A stretch of DNA of 64,000 nucleotides from positions 30,029-94,028 of the IMG/VR virus record IMGVR_UViG_3300017991_000010; one strand, given 5' to 3'. Both the position numbers and the translations under genes were made by a program. The notes under the pieces were generated by a model. That model saw only the letters and a program-made list of their open reading frames with translations, was not told the origin of the DNA and ran no database searches. Source of the stretch: a virus. The number at the start of each line of letters is the position of its first letter. Positions within the stretch are counted from its first letter, which is position 1. This document shows positions 28,520 to 37,525 of the stretch, in pieces.

Positions 28520-29145
28520 TGGCTCTCTCCCTTCCCCCCGAGCATACCAGCCAGGGCGGCGAGCGTCGAGGGGCCCAGCTCGATCACCTTGGCGTTGCGC
28601 TGCGTCGCTAGCGCCTTGTACTCCTGGCCCCAGCGCGAGAGCAGAGCCAGCGCCTTCTCGACCGTGACCTCCTTGGCGCCCTCGCACGCGGGGCAGGGCG
28701 CGGCGTCGAGGGGCTCGGGGGCCTTGGGCGCGCTTCCCGGCTCGTCGATGATCCAGGGCTGGAACACGGCGTAGTGCTCGCCCGTGCCGTGGCACCGGGG
28801 GCAGGCGATCTTCTGCTTGGCGAGGGGCGTGGCCGCAAGCGGCGCGCTAGGCGGCCCGGAGTGCTCGTCGCACTGCATGCAACGGTCCGGCGTGGCCGTG
28901 TGCCCCTTCTCGCAGACGCCGTTGTCGGGGCAGTAGTGCGCGCAGCTCTCGGTCCCCGCGTCGAGCGGCAGCTGCGGCTGGAGCATCGGGTGCTCGGGCT
29001 TGAGGTAGAGGAACATGGCGTGCTTGCGCAGGGGGCAGTCCTCCTGGGGCGGATCGCCGGGCTTGATGTCCGTGTCGTCCCAGGCGCAGTCACACAGCGG
29101 GCACTCCCCGCACTTCACGATCTCAATGCTCTTCGTCTTCATCAC
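28516..29145 (-). CDS. Cys-rich protein with DnaJ-type CxxCxGxG zinc finger
   Basis: CPRCHGTG and CPACEG. Confidence 0.65.
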   Translation of the reverse strand: MMKTKSIEIVKCGECPLCDCAWDDTDIKPGDPPQEDCPLRKHAMFLYLKPEHPMLQPQLPLDAGTESCAHYCPDNGVCEKGHTATPDRCMQCDEHSGPPSAPLAATPLAKQKIACPRCHGTGEHYAVFQPWIIDEPGSAPKAPEPLDAAPCPACEGAKEVTVEKALALLSRWGQEYKALATQRNAKVIELGPSTLAALAGMLGGKGESQ

Positions 29146-29353
29146 TGACCTCCTCCAGCTCGACAGCCGTTGCTTCGCCGCATTCGATGTTGACCATTGG
29201 CGGGCCTCCGAAGTAGGTCATGTGCGCCAGTTCCTCCCCGGCCACCAGCTCCGCATCGGCCCGGCTCCGCGCCCAGACTCTGACCTGCACGGTGACGGTG
29301 CCCCGGAACTTCCTGAAGCCTCGCTTCCGCCACTCCGTCGCACAGATTGCCAT
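29123..29353 (-). CDS. Hypothetical protein
   Basis: SD AGGAGG upstream. Confidence 0.5.
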   Translation of the reverse strand: MAICATEWRKRGFRKFRGTVTVQVRVWARSRADAELVAGEELAHMTYFGGPPMVNIECGEATAVELEEVSDEDEEH

Positions 29354-29498
29354 CTCTAGCCTCCTTTCAAAAGGTGGGCCCCGGGCATCGAGGCGTGAGC
29401 GCCCTGCGCGCTATGAACACACGCCGCTCGACCTCGATTCGTCAGGCACTGCGCGAAGGATGGGCACGCAGCCTGAAGCCCGGGAGCCCTGGGCGCGT

Positions 29499-29780
29499 CT
29501 ACTCGCCGTCCTCCGCGTACTCCATGATCGTGACCACGATGCGCTCTTCCCCGTCCTGCACCCACACGCGCGCTGGACCAAGGACGCAGATCTCCTTTCG
29601 TGAGCCGCGCTGCACGAACTCGTGCCGGGGCAAGCCCGTCGGCCCGTCGAGTTGGCGCTGGATCTTCTCGAGCGCGTCGGCGATGTGGCAGTACACGGGC
29701 GTGACCGGGAGCGTCTCGGCGAGGCGCCTGATCTCCTGGCAGTGCTCGATGACCTTCTGTCCTGTCGGTGTGCGGATCAT
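29499..29780 (-). CDS. Hypothetical protein
   Basis: ATG overlaps the upstream stop; SD GGAGG. Confidence 0.55.
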   Translation of the reverse strand: MIRTPTGQKVIEHCQEIRRLAETLPVTPVYCHIADALEKIQRQLDGPTGLPRHEFVQRGSRKEICVLGPARVWVQDGEERIVVTIMEYAEDGE

Positions 29781-30583
29781 TTCGTCCCTCCCGGCCACTC
29801 GGGCAGCTCGCGCCGGGTGTCTCGGGCCTGGAGGCGTAGCTCCGCCGCCGCCGCCGCCGCCCTCGCCGCCGCCCACGCCGCCTCCCTCGCCGCCCACGCT
29901 GCCTCCGCCGCCCACGCCGCCCTCGCCGCCCGCGCCGCTGCCTCCGCCGAGCGGTCCTCGCCGCTGATCCAGCGCTTAGCCCAGCGCCGCCAGTCAGCAG
30001 CCCAAGGCTCACGGACGCCGCAGATCGCGCGCACGCCGCGCTCGATGGCCCGCTCCACGATCCTCTCGATGGCCACTTTGGGGATCGAGATCCCCTCAGC
30101 TCGAAGGGCCCAGATCATCCAATCCCCGCGGGGACAGACTTTCCAAGCGGAGGCCGTCTCGTAGCTCTCCAGCCACTCGACGGCCTTGCGGCAGGGCTTC
30201 CTACCATTGAGGCGAGCAGTTGAGATCCAGTCACTCGGTTTCATCGTCCGCCTCCCGTTCCAGCTCGGCAACTCGCGCCGGATGTCACGGGCCTGGAGGC
30301 CCAGCTCCGCCTCCCTCGCCGCCCTCGACGCCGCCCACGCCGCCCACGCCTCCGCCTCCCACGCCGCCGCCGCCGCCGCCGCCCTCACCGCCCACGCCGC
30401 CCCCGCCGCCCTCGCCTCCGCCCTCGCCTCTGCCGCCGAGCGGTCCTCCCAGCGACGGGCCCACCGCCGCCACTCCGTGGCCCAGAGCTTGCGGACACCG
30501 CGCAGCGATTTCAGGCCTCGAGCTACGATCCGCTCGACTGCTGCGGGGGGCACTTCCAGCCCCTTCCACTCGCTCGGTTTCAT
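29777..30583 (-). CDS. Ala/Trp-repeat protein made of two paralogous units fused in frame
   Basis: Each unit runs MKPS.W...ERIV.R...WRRWA.RW...DRSA-(AAWAA)n-LQARD.RRELP; second SD and ATG at 30244. Confidence 0.7.
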   Translation of the reverse strand: MKPSEWKGLEVPPAAVERIVARGLKSLRGVRKLWATEWRRWARRWEDRSAAEARAEARAAGAAWAVRAAAAAAAWEAEAWAAWAASRAAREAELGLQARDIRRELPSWNGRRTMKPSDWISTARLNGRKPCRKAVEWLESYETASAWKVCPRGDWMIWALRAEGISIPKVAIERIVERAIERGVRAICGVREPWAADWRRWAKRWISGEDRSAEAAARAARAAWAAEAAWAAREAAWAAARAAAAAAELRLQARDTRRELPEWPGGTK

Positions 30584-30795
30584 CGCCACGCCCCCATCCG
30601 CTTCAGCTGCAGCTGCGCGAGAGCGCGATCGAGCCGCTGGGCGACCTTGCGCGCCTCCACTGGCCCCTGCCCGGGGTAGTGCAGCGGGACGTAGTCGCCC
30701 TCGGTGTAGTACTGCCCACAGACGCACAGCACAGCTCCGCCGGCTGGGATGCGCGAGCCCGAGCCCGCGCAGATGTCCTTGTTCCTGTTGCTCAT
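30580..30795 (-). CDS. Small Cys-containing protein
   Basis: SD GGAGG; CAGSG...CVCGQ. Confidence 0.55.
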   Translation of the reverse strand: MSNRNKDICAGSGSRIPAGGAVLCVCGQYYTEGDYVPLHYPGQGPVEARKVAQRLDRALAQLQLKRMGAWR

Positions 30796-31286
30796 ACCTC
30801 CATCCTCCTTATGGACACAGGCGGGCCCCCACGCAGGTTCTGCTGGGACTGGCTCTCGTGCCCCAACTGCAACGCAGTGAGCGCCGCTGTCTTGCCCCCA
30901 TGTCCGTTGAGTCGGTAGAAGTCCCACTCGAGGTTCTGCTGCAGGAGAAGGCGCAAGGTGACGAAGTGGTCCGTGGAGTCGAGGGCAAACCAGCACTCGG
31001 CATACTCCCGCAGGCGCTCCTCGGAGATGGTCGACGGCTCGTAGCACTCGAACACGAGCCACCAGCGCTCCGCCTCGTCCTGCTCCCACACCGGGCGGAA
31101 GTCCTTCGGCTCGGGCACGTGGTGGGGCATCTCGTCATCGACGAAGGCCTCCCACTCCTCCGGCGTCGTGCCTTCTTCGATGGGCTCCTGGCGGCAGCAC
31201 GCTTCGATCGCGCACCAGAGCGCTTCCTCGAGCGTGTCGGCATCCAGGATGGCGTCCACGGTCTTGTCATCATCAAGTGGGTTCAT
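30792..31286 (-). CDS. Acidic hypothetical protein
   Basis: Strong SD AGGAG. Confidence 0.6.
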   Translation of the reverse strand: MNPLDDDKTVDAILDADTLEEALWCAIEACCRQEPIEEGTTPEEWEAFVDDEMPHHVPEPKDFRPVWEQDEAERWWLVFECYEPSTISEERLREYAECWFALDSTDHFVTLRLLLQQNLEWDFYRLNGHGGKTAALTALQLGHESQSQQNLRGGPPVSIRRMEV

Positions 31287-31344
31287 CTCGTCTCTCCTCT
31301 CTCTGATCTACGCCCGGGGGGTGGCGTGGTATTCCCAAAGGTGA

Positions 31345-31450
31345 AGTGAAACTGGGTTTTTCAGAGCCTACACGTGTAAGTACTTGAAATCATTGAGGAA
31401 TCCCACAATCCGCGTGTGAGATCCCCCTGCAACCTCCCGTAATCACTCAA
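31345..31450. promoter_or_regulatory. AT-rich, probably non-coding segment with an IHF-like site
   Basis: taagtacttgaaatcattg; its reverse complement contains TTTCAAGTACTTA, close to WATCAAnnnnTTR. Confidence 0.4.
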
Positions 31451-31662
31451 CCGCCGTTCTCGACGGCAGATCACCCCCGATCCGCGTGCCGTATGCACAC
31501 CGGAACGTACTCTCTCAGGCTCGCCAGCATCTGTCGGCGAGCCCGCTCGACAACGCCCTGCGTGGTCTCCGGACGCTCCGACGGCCACCTCCCCCCAGGA
31601 AGAGGCGCCACAACAGGGCTCGGGCAGCTCGCCCCACATGCCTTCCACGCTACCCCAGCTGA

Positions 31663-32119
31663 TCATGCTTCGATCCTCTCCCGCTCGAGGTCGACTCGGT
31701 ACGTGTGGCGCTCTCCCGTCTCCGGGTCGACATACGCGACCTGGCGATCGATCAGCGGCGTGCGGGCCTCCCACAGCTCGTTGTAGTCGCGGCACGCCCG
31801 GCCGTACATGTGGATCGCCTCGATGGTCATGGCGCGCCAGTGCACCCTCGCGTGGGCGTAGCCGTAGGCGAAGCCTATCAGGAGCGCCGCTACGACGAAG
31901 ATGGCGCTGATCAGCAGTGTCATCTCACTCCTCCTCGCAGATCACGTGGTACTCGGCGCCGTCGGGCAGCAGGCACACGAGGTGCCCGTCGCACGTCTCG
32001 ACGACCTCGCCGACGCAGTCCAGCTCGCAGGGCTCGCGGGTCTGCGCCACGCAGTAGCCGAAGCCGAACGCGGGCGCGAGCAGGACGAGCACGGACGCGA
32101 TGGCCCTGGCCCAGGTCAT
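31663..32119 (-). other. Two small membrane/secreted proteins (31663-31923, 31925-32119)
   Basis: Hydrophobic N-termini; both contain FxYG/FGY motifs. Confidence 0.6.
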
Positions 32120-33075
32120 GACACTCCCCCCACGATCTTGCGCAGCAGGCTCCTGTCCTGCATCTCCTGGGCGATGACCGCGTCGACCATCACCTGATCG
32201 ATCAGGTCCCCCAGGCGAGCCTCGATGAGACGCTGGAGCACCTCAGGCCGCAGCGCGTCGACCTCCCAGGAGTGGTGCCCGTGCTCGGCGATGTACGCCG
32301 CCGCGCGCGAGTCCTTGAGCTTGGTCGGGTTGGGAGGCGGCCCATACTTCGCGACCTGCTCGGGCGTGATCGCGATCTTCTCCACGCGCACCTGGACCGG
32401 GAGTGCGTCGCTCACGTCGATGAACCATCCCGTAGGCGAGATGCGCTCGTCGCCGTCCTGGTAGCCCCACAGGAAGTCGTTCAGCCGGCTGCGCACGTCG
32501 CGCACCATGTCCTCGCCCGACGGGTCCAGGTCGCCCAGGTAGAGGATGATGGGCTCAGCCTGCGGCACGCCGTCTGCGTTGCGGCAGGCGTGGTCGATTC
32601 GGCACGCGGCCTCGTACATGGCCGACTGCGAGGAGTACCCCCGGTTGACCATGAGGGTGATGTGCCAGTGCTTCGCGATGGGGGCGAGCACGCCAGCCAG
32701 CGCGTCCTTCTCGACCCACAGCTCGACGTAGTTGGGCTGCCCCTCCATGCGTGGGCGCCGGTAGGAGTCCAGCGCCACCTTCACAAGCTCGTCGAGGTCG
32801 GCGAACTCGTTCGGGCGCTCTGGACGCCTGATGCGATCCTCGATCGCGTCCCAGTCGGTCAGCCCGGCCAGGCGCGCCTTCGACAAGAGTGACGAGAGCC
32901 GCTTGTACTCGCGCTCCTCGTTGGCGATGATGTTCTGTGTCACGAGCTGGTAGTAGAGCTGCCGGAGCGTGAGCCGCAGCCCCTGCTTCTGGTAGTGCTC
33001 CACGACCTCGTTGACCTGAGCCAAGCGCGCGAGCGTGTCCAGGCGCATCCTGGGCGGCTTGTAGCACTGCTTCAT
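32116..33075 (-). CDS. Toprim-domain protein (Topo VI-A/JetD-like)
   Basis: LTLRQLYYQL winged helix, VELWVEKDAL, RGYSS, YLGDLDPSG (DxD), EVDAL. Confidence 0.8.
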   Translation of the reverse strand: MKQCYKPPRMRLDTLARLAQVNEVVEHYQKQGLRLTLRQLYYQLVTQNIIANEEREYKRLSSLLSKARLAGLTDWDAIEDRIRRPERPNEFADLDELVKVALDSYRRPRMEGQPNYVELWVEKDALAGVLAPIAKHWHITLMVNRGYSSQSAMYEAACRIDHACRNADGVPQAEPIILYLGDLDPSGEDMVRDVRSRLNDFLWGYQDGDERISPTGWFIDVSDALPVQVRVEKIAITPEQVAKYGPPPNPTKLKDSRAAAYIAEHGHHSWEVDALRPEVLQRLIEARLGDLIDQVMVDAVIAQEMQDRSLLRKIVGGVS

Positions 33076-33979
33076 GACACGGCCTCCAACGTCTTCTTCT
33101 TGATCGACAGAGCCTTGCCCTCCCAGATCGCGCCCTTGGCCCACGCGGCGCAATCCTCGGTGCGTGCCCACGGCTTCAGAGGCATGTAGTCGGCGCGCCG
33201 CCTGCGCTCGCGCGTCACGCTCTTGTCCTTGTGCTCGGTCTCGACGATCTCCGTGAACCGCTCCCGGTGGGCACGGCGCAGGACCTTCATGTTCACGATC
33301 AGCAGCATTGTCTCTCCTCCTTTGCTCGGCGCGAGCATGCGGGACAGTAGTCCGTGACCTTGCCGTCCACTTTGCTGCACGTCCACCCAAACCTTTTGAG
33401 TTCCTGTCTCACATCAGCTACGCGGCTTCCAGAACGCTGCTCCCACCGCCAGCATCCAGAGGCGTCGCACCAGATGGTTGTCTCTCTGGACCAGCTCATT
33501 CCGTGACCTTGTCCCGCAGCGCGTCACGCACCAGCGCGCCCATGATGTGGAGTGCATCCTCGGCGTCACACAGCTCTTCCTCCGTCATCTCCGCTAGGCC
33601 CTTGTTCTGGACCATGACCATGGCGGATAGCACGTCGTTGAGTGTGGCGACCTCTTTCGGGGTGCGGCTGTTCATGTCGTCCCTCCTACAGCAGCGTCCA
33701 GTCGCCCACGTACACCTCCTCAAGGATCTCGTGGACCATCTGTCGGGCGCGCCGGGCAAACGTGACTTCCGCCTCGGCCTCGGAGTACTTCGCTTGCATC
33801 CGCAACTCCTCGTCGAGGCTCTGCAGGGCACCGAGCAGGTGGCGTCCGCGCATCAGGAGCAGCATCAGGTCGTCGTTGCTCCCGTCCTGGGGCAGGTCGA
33901 GCGTGACGCGTTTGTCGATGCCCTCGAGACGCGCTAGGCGCTCTTCGAGGTCAGCCAGCTTGGCTGTGATCTCGTCCAT
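33072..33979 (-). other. Four small hypothetical genes (33072-33308, 33299-33499, 33496-33675, 33686-33979)
   Basis: Coupled ORFs with SD sequences. Confidence 0.6.
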
Positions 33980-34133
33980 CGTTCTCCTCCTCCAGCCACC
34001 AGCGCACCGCGTCCTCTACGATCGCGCTCAGGCTCGCAGGCGCTTTGGCTGCGCGCCGGCGGCGCTGCTCCAGCTCGAGGCGCTTGCGCAGGTCCTCGTC
34101 GATCTCGATCACCGTCGGTACTTGGCGTGCCAT
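33951..34133 (-). CDS. Ribbon-helix-helix transcription regulator
   Basis: TVIEIDEDLRKRL...SLSAIVEDAVRWWL matches the CopG/Arc pattern. Confidence 0.7.
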   Translation of the reverse strand: MARQVPTVIEIDEDLRKRLELEQRRRRAAKAPASLSAIVEDAVRWWLEEENDGRDHSQAG

Positions 34134-34150
34134 TCGTCTCTCCCTCCTCT

Positions 34151-34194
34151 AGAGTGCCTCGACTGTGAGGCGATTGTCAACGCTATTCGCCTCA
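34151..34194 (-). promoter_or_regulatory. Promoter with inverted-repeat operator
   Basis: TTGACA-18nt-CACTCT; TGAGGCGA/TCGCCTCA inverted repeat flanks the -35. Confidence 0.65.
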
Positions 34195-34583
34195 GGCGCG
34201 ATCCCCCTCCGGCAGGCACGCGAGCAGGTAGGCGCCTACGTCGACGTCCTCGTAGCGCTCCAGCTCGTCGATCGTCTGCGCGCGCACCTCGAGCACGAGG
34301 CGCCCCACGACGGGCGTGCCGTCGGGCGGCACGACGATCCCGTAGGCTCGAGCCGGGTACTCTCGGTGGTAGCCCAGCAGGCGTTTGATGGCTTCCTTGA
34401 TCACGACGGCACCTCCTCCACCTTGATCTCGCCGGGCTCGGCGCAGCCCTCGGCCTGGAGCGCGTCGTAGTCGCGGTAGCCGGCCTCCTGGGCCAGCGCG
34501 TCCAGCGCACCCTCCTCGGTGAAGGCGTTGTGCTCCCCGAGCACGTGGCCCGAGATCACGTTGGTGATGCGGTAGCGGTTCAT
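34192..34583 (-). other. Two small hypothetical genes (34192-34404, 34401-34583)
   Basis: SD GGAGG; overlapping stop/start. Confidence 0.6.
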
Positions 34584-34613
34584 CTCTTGTCCTCCGTCAT
34601 GCCCTCCCCTATC

Positions 34614-34630
34614 TGCTATCCCCGTGCCAA
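34614..34630 (-). promoter_or_regulatory. Sigma54 (-24/-12) promoter
   Basis: TTGGCACGGGGATAGCA = TGGCACG-N4-TAGCA with GG-N10-GC spacing, 30 nt before ATG 34583. Confidence 0.6.
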
Positions 34631-34670
34631 CGCGCAACCTACCGGGATCACGCCAAGCGGTCAACTCCCT

Positions 34671-34754
34671 ATTGCGCAGAGGATTGCGCACCTATTGCGC
34701 GTTTTGCGCTTTGAAATCTGAAATGACTAGTGATCGCGCAGCGTTGTATTGCGC
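34671..34754. repeat. Clustered (A/T)TTGCGC repeats in an AT-rich spacer
   Basis: Copies at about 34671, 34683, 34694, 34703 and 34748. Confidence 0.6.
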
Positions 34755-34784
34755 GCTCTCCGGTGCGAAGAGCAATACGCAGCG

Positions 34785-35516
34785 TTACGCAGTAGGGATC
34801 GGAATGCGCGGTAGCGGCCAGCCCGTGATCCACAGCTCGGCTGCTTTGCCTCGCATGGCATCGCGCCAGGCGTCCCTGAGCCGCTCCTCGCACCAGGCGC
34901 CCTCGCCCCAGACGAGATCGAGTACCGATAGCCCAGGCTGCCCCGCCTGCCCCCAGCCGCTGGGGAACTCCCTCGCCGCGGGGTTGGCGGTGACGTGTCC
35001 TACGGTCGCGTGCGCGCGTACACTACCTCTCCAGCCCAGCGCGTAGAGCGCGTCGCGGAGCCGCGCGGCCACGCCCCGCTCGCCCCCGGGCCCGTAGCTG
35101 CCGGCGTACCAGTCGGGCTCGCCCGGGTTCGCGGCGGTGCGGCAGTTGGCCAGGCCGATCACGCCACGCTGCACGGTCACGTGCGCGAGGCCTCGAGCCA
35201 GGCGCGCGAGGTCGAGGTTGTACTGGGGCAGGATCTCGCGTGGGGTGCCGTGGCCGACGATCACGACCGGGCCGGCGGAGCGGCGGGGTCGGGACTCGAG
35301 GGCGCGGTAGACATCGGCGGCGCTGCCTACGGGCACGCGGTCGCCCTGGAGTACGTTGTGGATGCGGTCGGCAGTCTCGCGCATCTCGGAGACTCCCGTG
35401 TCCGCGCGCGTCTGGTAGAGGACCAGGGGGCGGCCTCTCGCGCGCATGAGCGAGACGATCCAGGCGAGAGCGCCGGCGCCAAGCCCCGCGAGCAGCCATT
35501 TGGGGGGACGTCGCAT
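34785..35516 (-). CDS. Membrane-anchored caspase-fold-like (HG...C) protein A
   Basis: N-terminal TM; VVIVGHG and IGLANCRTA; paralog of 37522. Confidence 0.55.
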   Translation of the reverse strand: MRRPPKWLLAGLGAGALAWIVSLMRARGRPLVLYQTRADTGVSEMRETADRIHNVLQGDRVPVGSAADVYRALESRPRRSAGPVVIVGHGTPREILPQYNLDLARLARGLAHVTVQRGVIGLANCRTAANPGEPDWYAGSYGPGGERGVAARLRDALYALGWRGSVRAHATVGHVTANPAAREFPSGWGQAGQPGLSVLDLVWGEGAWCEERLRDAWRDAMRGKAAELWITGWPLPRIPIPTA

Positions 35517-35517
35517 C

Positions 35518-35547
35518 TTGCCCTGATCCTACCAGAGGTGGTACTCT
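35518..35547 (+). promoter_or_regulatory. Promoter for the polyprotein operon, overlapping a divergent promoter
   Basis: TTGCCC-18nt-TACTCT with extended TG; TGgTAGGAT on the - strand. Confidence 0.55.
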
Positions 35548-35573
35548 TAGTCTACAAGAGAGGACGCGCGCAC

Positions 35574-37370
35574 ATGAAAGCCACCGCCAAGAAGACCGCC
35601 TCTGGATACTCCGTCTCCATCGTCGACCGCAACGGCAGGAAGCTGACCATCGCGGTCTCGTCCAAGGCCAAGGCCGACAAGATCAAGAAGCTCGTCACCG
35701 TCGACGGCTTCACCGTCGGTCAGATCAAGATGCTCTACGGCAAGCGGCCGAAGGGCAAGGCCAAGCCAAAGCGCTCGACCACGAAGCCGCGCAAGAAGAA
35801 GCCAAGCGCGGCTGCTGTGCGGCGGGGAGCCGAAGCCCCCAAGCGCAAAGCCAAGCGTAACGTTTCGCGAGCGAAGACCAAGGCCAAGGTCACGATCCGC
35901 AAGCTCGCCAAGGGCTACTCGGTCAGTGGCAAGGACCGCCTGGGCAAGGCGATCCCCAAGATCACCGTGACGACCAAGGCGAAGGCCGACAACGCCAAGC
36001 GCCTCGTCGAGCAGAAGGGCATGACCGCCAAGCAAATCAAGATGCTCTTCGGAGCCGCGAAGAGGGCCGTCAAGCGCGTCGTGCGCAAGGCCAAGGCTCC
36101 GCAGCGCAACGCGGGCAAGACGGTCAAGCTGCTCCTTGGGGAGTACGGAGCCTACGTCGACGTCCCCATCAACGCCTGGGTCTACCAAGGTGACCCCAAA
36201 GAGGACAAGTACGGCGACTGGGAGGTCAGAGTCAAGAGCATGCGCGCGAAGGACGTCCCTAAGGGCCAGATGGCCTTCGAGACGAGGCACGAGGCCGAGA
36301 AGGACGTACAGCACTGGCTCAAGTCCAACCCCGGGCGCAAGGCGACTGCGAAGCGGCAGGCGGCGAAGCGCAATGCCCCCGGCATCACGATGGTGCTGGC
36401 AGACTACGGCGGGGACTACACCACCAGCGTGCCGCCCAACAAGTTCCTCTACATGTTCAAGCGCGGCGTGCTCCAGCGCATCAAGGCCAAGGACGTGCCC
36501 AAGTCGAAGCGGCTGACTGGAGACGTGTGGGAGTCCAAGCAGGGCGCGATCCAAGACGCACAGGACTACGCCGCTGGGGGACCTCGCGGACCGCGTAGTA
36601 GGGGCATGGCCGAGTACAACCCCAAGCGCACGCGCCGCAACAAGTGCAAGAACCCCAGCCCCCACGACCGCGTAGCGACGTACAAGATCAAGGGGAAGGT
36701 GGGCATCGACGCCGGCACGTACAACTACATCGTCTACGCCATGACCAACAAGGGGCGGAAGGATCTCGCGTACTACAAGAGCTACCGGTCTGCTAGCGCA
36801 GCCGCCAACTCGATCAACAAGCACGGCAAGTGGACTGGGGGGCGGGACCCAAAGCGCGGCATCTCCGTCATTCAGGTCCGGGGCAAGACGGCGACGGTGC
36901 ACTACACCGGCAGCCGCAAGAACCCCGCGAAGCCCAAGCGCAAGAAGCACTCCAACGCCGCGCTCAAGAAGGCCTTCCTCGCGATGCGCGCGAAGGTCGC
37001 CAAGCGCTGCCCGCAGATCAAGTCCATCGGTTTCGGCATCGATCCCAAGATCCACGACAAGCCCCGGCACTTTGGCCTGTACTACCCGATGACGAAGAGC
37101 CGTGGCGGCCAGGTTGGCCTCGCGCCCGAGATCGCCTACCAGCCCATGAGCGTCGTCCGCGGCATCATCCTCCACGAGCTGGGCCACGCCCTCATCGACC
37201 TCGGTTGCTTCCCCAAGGCCAAGAGTTGCAGCTACGACGCCATCGAGCGTCGGGCCGACGCCGCCGCCAAAGCCGCTTCGGGCATGCAGATCTACTACGG
37301 CAAGGACAACGTACAGCGCGCAGGGCCGGGCGCTAGCGGCAAGAAGCTCCGCCCGAAGGGTCTGCGGTGA
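35574..37370 (+). CDS. Basic modular polyprotein with a C-terminal HExxH metallopeptidase domain
   Basis: SD GAGAGGA; duplicated modules (GYSVS...QIKML twice, AKDVPK twice); IILHELGH...ERRAD. Confidence 0.8.
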   Translation: MKATAKKTASGYSVSIVDRNGRKLTIAVSSKAKADKIKKLVTVDGFTVGQIKMLYGKRPKGKAKPKRSTTKPRKKKPSAAAVRRGAEAPKRKAKRNVSRAKTKAKVTIRKLAKGYSVSGKDRLGKAIPKITVTTKAKADNAKRLVEQKGMTAKQIKMLFGAAKRAVKRVVRKAKAPQRNAGKTVKLLLGEYGAYVDVPINAWVYQGDPKEDKYGDWEVRVKSMRAKDVPKGQMAFETRHEAEKDVQHWLKSNPGRKATAKRQAAKRNAPGITMVLADYGGDYTTSVPPNKFLYMFKRGVLQRIKAKDVPKSKRLTGDVWESKQGAIQDAQDYAAGGPRGPRSRGMAEYNPKRTRRNKCKNPSPHDRVATYKIKGKVGIDAGTYNYIVYAMTNKGRKDLAYYKSYRSASAAANSINKHGKWTGGRDPKRGISVIQVRGKTATVHYTGSRKNPAKPKRKKHSNAALKKAFLAMRAKVAKRCPQIKSIGFGIDPKIHDKPRHFGLYYPMTKSRGGQVGLAPEIAYQPMSVVRGIILHELGHALIDLGCFPKAKSCSYDAIERRADAAAKAASGMQIYYGKDNVQRAGPGASGKKLRPKGLR

Positions 37371-37525
37371 GGCTCCTCGCACGCGCCATCGTCTCCCTGA
37401 TCTTCCTGCTCTTCGTCGCGTTCGTGCTGCCCTTCTACTCGTCCACCGCCGCCGTCGTCACGGGCCTCGTCATGTGCGCCGCGATCCTCGTGCATTGGGC
37501 CTGGACTGAGAGGAGGTACAGATGA
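37367..37525 (+). CDS. Small 2-TM membrane protein (52 aa, not in the ORF track)
   Basis: GTG overlaps the upstream stop and its stop overlaps the next ATG; hydrophobic throughout. Confidence 0.65.
   Translation: MRLLARAIVSLIFLLFVAFVLPFYSSTAAVVTGLVMCAAILVHWAWTERRYR

Noticed and set aside
29840-30440. GCC-rich repeats as CRISPR array or DGR template/variable repeats
   Set aside because: They are coding Ala/Trp repeats with no spacer structure, no adenine-specific mismatch pattern seen, and no reverse transcriptase in the window
31361-31666. ORF starting MISWGSVEG
   Set aside because: Atypical composition and runs into the AT-rich element; coding status unclear
34995-35573. N-terminal extension of the 791-aa ORF
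   Set aside because: It overlaps the divergent gene 34785-35516; promoter and SD point to ATG 35574
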